Shown here piece after piece: positions 60,390-64,000 of a DNA stretch of 64,000 bases. The stretch is from Myxococcales bacterium (GTDB taxonomy: Bacteria > Myxococcota_A > Polyangia > Polyangiales > Polyangiaceae). A model generated the notes under the pieces. The model did not search any database and was not told the origin of the DNA. It saw only the letters and a list, made by a program, of their open reading frames with translations. The stretch lies in contig JAYTOU010000042.1 in NCBI GenBank assembly GCA_043747615.1, positions 59,144-123,143 on the forward strand, given 5' to 3'. The translations under genes and the position numbers were made by a program. Positions within the stretch are counted from its first letter, which is position 1. Each line of letters starts with the position of its first letter.

Positions 60390-60575
60390 ATGACCACCCC
60401 GCAAGAACCCGCCAGCCGACACAAGCAGAAGATTCGCCGCACGAAGCAGCTCGCCGCGTGGCGCGCGAAGCAGCCCGCGAAGACCGACGCCGCCTCAAAA
60501 ACCGCACCCAAAGCAGCGAAGGCCGCCCCGAAGGCCGCAGCCGCCGAGCCGAAAAAGGTTGCGGCAAAGAAGTAA
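60390..60575 (+). CDS. small basic Lys/Ala-rich protein
   Basis: 61 aa with HKQKIRRTKQLAAWR and an APKAAKAAPKAA tail. Tight spacing to both neighbours. Confidence 0.6.
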   Translation: MTTPQEPASRHKQKIRRTKQLAAWRAKQPAKTDAASKTAPKAAKAAPKAAAAEPKKVAAKK

Positions 60576-60580
60576 AGCTC

Positions 60581-61072
60581 ATGGAAAAGAGCCTTCAAGA
60601 GACGTACGCGCCGACGAACCAGTGCTTCGGCTGCGGCCCTGCGAACGAAAAAGGCCTGCGCATCCGGAGCTTCGTCAAAGCCGGCCCGGCGTCTAAAGGT
60701 GCTGAAACCGAAGAGGAGCTCGTGTGCGAGTTCACGCCCGAGGCGCATCACCTTGCGTTTCCGGGCGTTCTCAATGGCGGGATCTGCGGGGCTCTCCTCG
60801 ACTGCCACTCGAATTGGGCAGCGGCCTACCACCTGATGACGAAGGCCGGCACAGGCGTCCTGCCGTGCACGGTGACCGCTGAATTCGCGGTGACGCTCAA
60901 GCGGCCGACGCCCATGAGCGGGCCCATCCATCTTTCGGCGAAGGTGATCGAGTGGACAAGCGATCGAGCCACGGTCGAAGCGACGATAACCGCAGGGGGC
61001 AAAGTGACGGCAACGTGCCGCGGCATCTTCGTCGCGGTGAAAGAGGGTCATCCCGCCTTTCACCGTTGGTAG
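60581..61072 (+). CDS. PaaI-family hotdog-fold thioesterase
   Basis: CFGCGPAN..GL, FPGVLNGG..ALLD and VTAEFAVTLKRPTP. Confidence 0.85.
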   Translation: MEKSLQETYAPTNQCFGCGPANEKGLRIRSFVKAGPASKGAETEEELVCEFTPEAHHLAFPGVLNGGICGALLDCHSNWAAAYHLMTKAGTGVLPCTVTAEFAVTLKRPTPMSGPIHLSAKVIEWTSDRATVEATITAGGKVTATCRGIFVAVKEGHPAFHRW

Positions 61073-61183
61073 TCGATTGAGCGTGACTCAAATCGTGGGG
61101 ACGTCCGTCCAATGAATAAGTAGAACCGCGCCGGCGAAATCGCGTCCGTGTGGTTTCCTGTAAGCTCGAGCAAGAGGTCCGTC

Positions 61184-61735
61184 ATGAGCGCGATGAAGAT
61201 TACGTCGGTGCCGTTTCTCGTGCTGTTGCTTGTACTGATCTCGACCGTTACCAGCGCCTGGGCTCTCGAGCCCAATAAAGACGGCTGGTACCACACGGGC
61301 GATGGCGTTCGCGTGAAGAAGAAGATTTTCAACTTCGACGTCTACGCCATCGGCCACGACATGAAGTGCCTACCTGGAGCCAAGTCGAAGCAATCGGTCA
61401 TCGACTCCGATTGCGACAAACGACTCACCTGGAAGATGCTGCGTGACGTCGATGCCGAGGCGATCCGGACTGCTCTAACCGAGGCCTATGCCCTCAACGG
61501 TTACAAGGATGCCGCGAAGATCGCGCCCTTCGTTGCCGCGCTGAACAAAGAGCTCAAGGAGAAGACGTTCGTCACCATCTCGTACAACGCAACAACCAAG
61601 ACGACGTCCATCTCGGTCCAAGGCGGGGCAACGGCAGCCGTGCCCGGTGTCGATTTCATGCGCGCGACGTGGAGTATCTGGTTCGGACGGATCGATCAGC
61701 CGTCGCTCGGCGACTCCCTCATCAAAAACCTCTGA
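61184..61735 (+). CDS. secreted chalcone-isomerase-like fold protein
   Basis: Signal peptide, GVRVKKKIFNFDVYAIG, MLRDV and FMRATWSIWFG. Confidence 0.7.
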   Translation: MSAMKITSVPFLVLLLVLISTVTSAWALEPNKDGWYHTGDGVRVKKKIFNFDVYAIGHDMKCLPGAKSKQSVIDSDCDKRLTWKMLRDVDAEAIRTALTEAYALNGYKDAAKIAPFVAALNKELKEKTFVTISYNATTKTTSISVQGGATAAVPGVDFMRATWSIWFGRIDQPSLGDSLIKNL

Positions 61736-61920
61736 GCACACGGATGCCCGAAGCCCCCAAGCCTCCGTCGAAGCGGGGTCCTCTCCCCGACCCGGGTCAC
61801 TCTCCTCCCGCCGAGCGCCCACATGCGCCGCGCCAGGCACCGAGCGAGCAGGCGCCCGAAATCCACACGCCCAGCCTTCCCGTCCCGAACTCCCCCCGCA
61901 TTTTTTAGCGCTCGGATAGC

Positions 61921-62898
61921 ATGGGATCTCCGGACGGCGGACTCGTCCGGTCCGTACTGGATTCCGTAGTGAGGGAGGGACCCGTGGAGAAGCCGCAAAC
62001 GCGAAACGATCTCACCGCCGCCGTGCCCAAGTTCTGCCTCGCGCTCGAGGAGTACCGACGGGCTACCGAAGGTCGCGTCCGAACGACGCAGGAGTTTCTG
62101 ACCCACTTTTTTCCGTACGACGAGAGAGCACCGCGGGACGAAGTCTTCCGGCACATACCGAACGAAGTGCGCGGTCCGATTCTCTCGGGCTGGGGCATCC
62201 GCGGACTCAAGGCGGCACTTCGCGACAACGACGGGAAGGTGGAATCGGTCGTCTACGACGCGCTCATCGCCGGGGACATCGAGCACCTCGCGTTCGAGCA
62301 AGGGCTGACCTCCGAGGTCCTCGTTCGTTGGGTGCCGCTTCCGGAGTGGTGGGCATTTTGGCGGGGCGGAAAGCTCTCCAAGAAGTCGATCCTCAAAGCC
62401 CTCGAGACGGCGTACGAGACCGGGATCTTCGATGCTCACTGGTTCCTCGAGACAGTCGAGGCGCGCGGAGGGAAGCTGCGGGGGACGGACGTCATCGCAG
62501 AAGGGTTGACCAAGGCGGACCTGACCGAATGGGTAAAGCGCATTCAACAGTCGGGGGACGGAACCGCAAGAGGGATCGTGCTCGCGATCGGCTGGGAGAA
62601 AATCGTGTCGCAGACAGCGAGCGACGTCCTCATCGCGACCTTGGATGCCATCGCACGAAACGCTGGTTTAACGGCGGCATCTGAGCGCGTTGAAGCCCGC
62701 GACGTGAGCCCGCAGACAGACGAGGGTGTGATCGTGGTGGTCGAACACGAGCCGGTGGAAGTCACCAAATCCGAGCGCTCCCCGGCGACGCCCCAACTTC
62801 CGCAGGTCGACTACGACGAGGGCGACGCAGACGAGACCGCGGTCTTCCGTATGGTCGATCCACCGGGGAGCCCGCCCTCCCGCGGCCGCTCTCGTTGA
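61921..62898 (+). CDS. hypothetical protein
   Basis: 325-aa ORF with GC3-biased codons and an acidic low-complexity tail. Confidence 0.7.
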   Translation: MGSPDGGLVRSVLDSVVREGPVEKPQTRNDLTAAVPKFCLALEEYRRATEGRVRTTQEFLTHFFPYDERAPRDEVFRHIPNEVRGPILSGWGIRGLKAALRDNDGKVESVVYDALIAGDIEHLAFEQGLTSEVLVRWVPLPEWWAFWRGGKLSKKSILKALETAYETGIFDAHWFLETVEARGGKLRGTDVIAEGLTKADLTEWVKRIQQSGDGTARGIVLAIGWEKIVSQTASDVLIATLDAIARNAGLTAASERVEARDVSPQTDEGVIVVVEHEPVEVTKSERSPATPQLPQVDYDEGDADETAVFRMVDPPGSPPSRGRSR

Positions 62899-63002
62899 CG
62901 TACCGCATCGTCGCGGGCACGACGATCGGCGATTGCTCGGCCAGTTATTGGACCAGTCTTATCCTACATAGGTACCTTTCCTCCCACACGGAGGTCGTTC
63001 CC

Positions 63003-63434
63003 ATGGGTAGTATTCTCATTCCCGTCAGCCAACGCCGCGCGATTCGCCACGCCGCTCGAGTCACCTGCCAGGTCGTCCGCGAAAGAGACTTCAAGCTCCT
63101 CAGCGAACAGGCCGTCGACTTGTCGATCGGCGGGATGCTCATTCTCACCGACGAGCGCGTGCTCACCGGCGAGGACGTCATCATCTCCCTTCGCGCACCG
63201 GGCATCGGCAGCTGGTTCGACGCGCAGGGCACGATTGCACGCGTCGTTCACGGACGGCGTCCGAGCGATTCAGGCCGCGCTCTCGGCGTGCGCTTCAATG
63301 CGCTCGACATGGTTTCCCGCAGCTACCTTCGCGCTGGACTTCGTAGCCTCCCTCCTTCGATGCCGGCTCGCGAACCGCGGATCGACTACGCCGCGACCGT
63401 CGCGAACATCATGAATTCCGGACGGCTCTCGTGA
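63003..63434 (+). CDS. PilZ domain protein
   Basis: RxxxR (RRAIR) and DxSxxG (DLSIGG) motifs, then LGVRF. Confidence 0.8.
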   Translation: MGSILIPVSQRRAIRHAARVTCQVVRERDFKLLSEQAVDLSIGGMLILTDERVLTGEDVIISLRAPGIGSWFDAQGTIARVVHGRRPSDSGRALGVRFNALDMVSRSYLRAGLRSLPPSMPAREPRIDYAATVANIMNSGRLS

Positions 63435-63907
63435 GCGCGACTCTCGTTCACGTTCGCCAGCGCAGCACGATGAGGCGAGCCGTTCGCATCGACTGCCAGG
63501 TCGTGCGTGAGCGCGACTTCAAGCTCGTGGCCCGCAAGACCGTCGATCTGTCGACCGAGGGGATGCTCGTCGCCTCCGAAGTGGACGTGGTACCCGGCGA
63601 AGAGCTGATCGTTTCTTTCAAGACCTCGGCCTTCAACATTTACATCGCCGCCGATGCCATCGTCGCCCGCGTGATTCATGGTCGGCGACCGGGCGACCGC
63701 GGGAGGTGCTTGGGCCTGAAGTTCCGGGATCTCGATGCGGTCTCGCGCCTGGTACTTCGGGGGAGCCTCCGCAAGGTGCCGCCGCCGCTCCCGCAGCGCG
63801 AGAGGCTCGTCGACTACGCCGCGACGATCCGCCGTATTTCCGAGGAGATTCCCTCGCTCATTTCGCCACGCCAATCCGCGTGGATGGACGCTCTCTACTC
63901 CAACTAG
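63431..63907 (+). CDS. PilZ domain protein (tandem paralog)
   Basis: RSTMR and DLSTEG motifs, then LGLKF. GTGA overlap with the upstream paralog. Confidence 0.8.
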   Translation: MSATLVHVRQRSTMRRAVRIDCQVVRERDFKLVARKTVDLSTEGMLVASEVDVVPGEELIVSFKTSAFNIYIAADAIVARVIHGRRPGDRGRCLGLKFRDLDAVSRLVLRGSLRKVPPPLPQRERLVDYAATIRRISEEIPSLISPRQSAWMDALYSN

Positions 63908-64000
63908 TGCCTCGGTTCTACGGAATGGAAGGGTATAGGCGGCGAAGCTTGATCCGTGCGTCTGCGGCGGAGAAACGCCATTTCACTTTCCCCGTCGTGC

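Noticed and set aside
61744..61908. 54-codon Pro-rich ORF in a C-rich gap
   Set aside because: No clear RBS or recognisable motif; cannot be supported from sequence alone.

Overview
A GC-rich, gene-dense bacterial window. Its content points to a myxobacterium, probably Polyangiales/Sorangium-like (inference from several Hanks-type Ser/Thr kinases, an MglA-family GTPase, a Cys-rich lipoprotein and vWA proteins). Housekeeping genes include glgP, gloA, leuS-lptE, lnt, hisS, ruvX-mltG and an oxidative pentose phosphate cluster (glk-tkt facing gnd-zwf-opcA-pgl plus a flavin monooxygenase). The standout is a translationally coupled cluster at 14612-23029, possibly extending to a vWA gene ending at 24628. 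It encodes a Ser/Thr kinase with a DLW variant of DFG; a pseudokinase-TM-pentaheme cytochrome c fusion; a 2x cNMP-binding / 4x[4Fe-4S] / di-heme-b-like membrane protein; and a tetraheme cytochrome c / ferredoxin / permuted TrxB-like NAD(P)H flavoprotein. Together these look like a trans-membrane electron wire joined to cyclic-nucleotide and kinase signalling. I found no rRNA, tRNA, CRISPR array or transposase. All calls come from reading motifs; no database searches were run.
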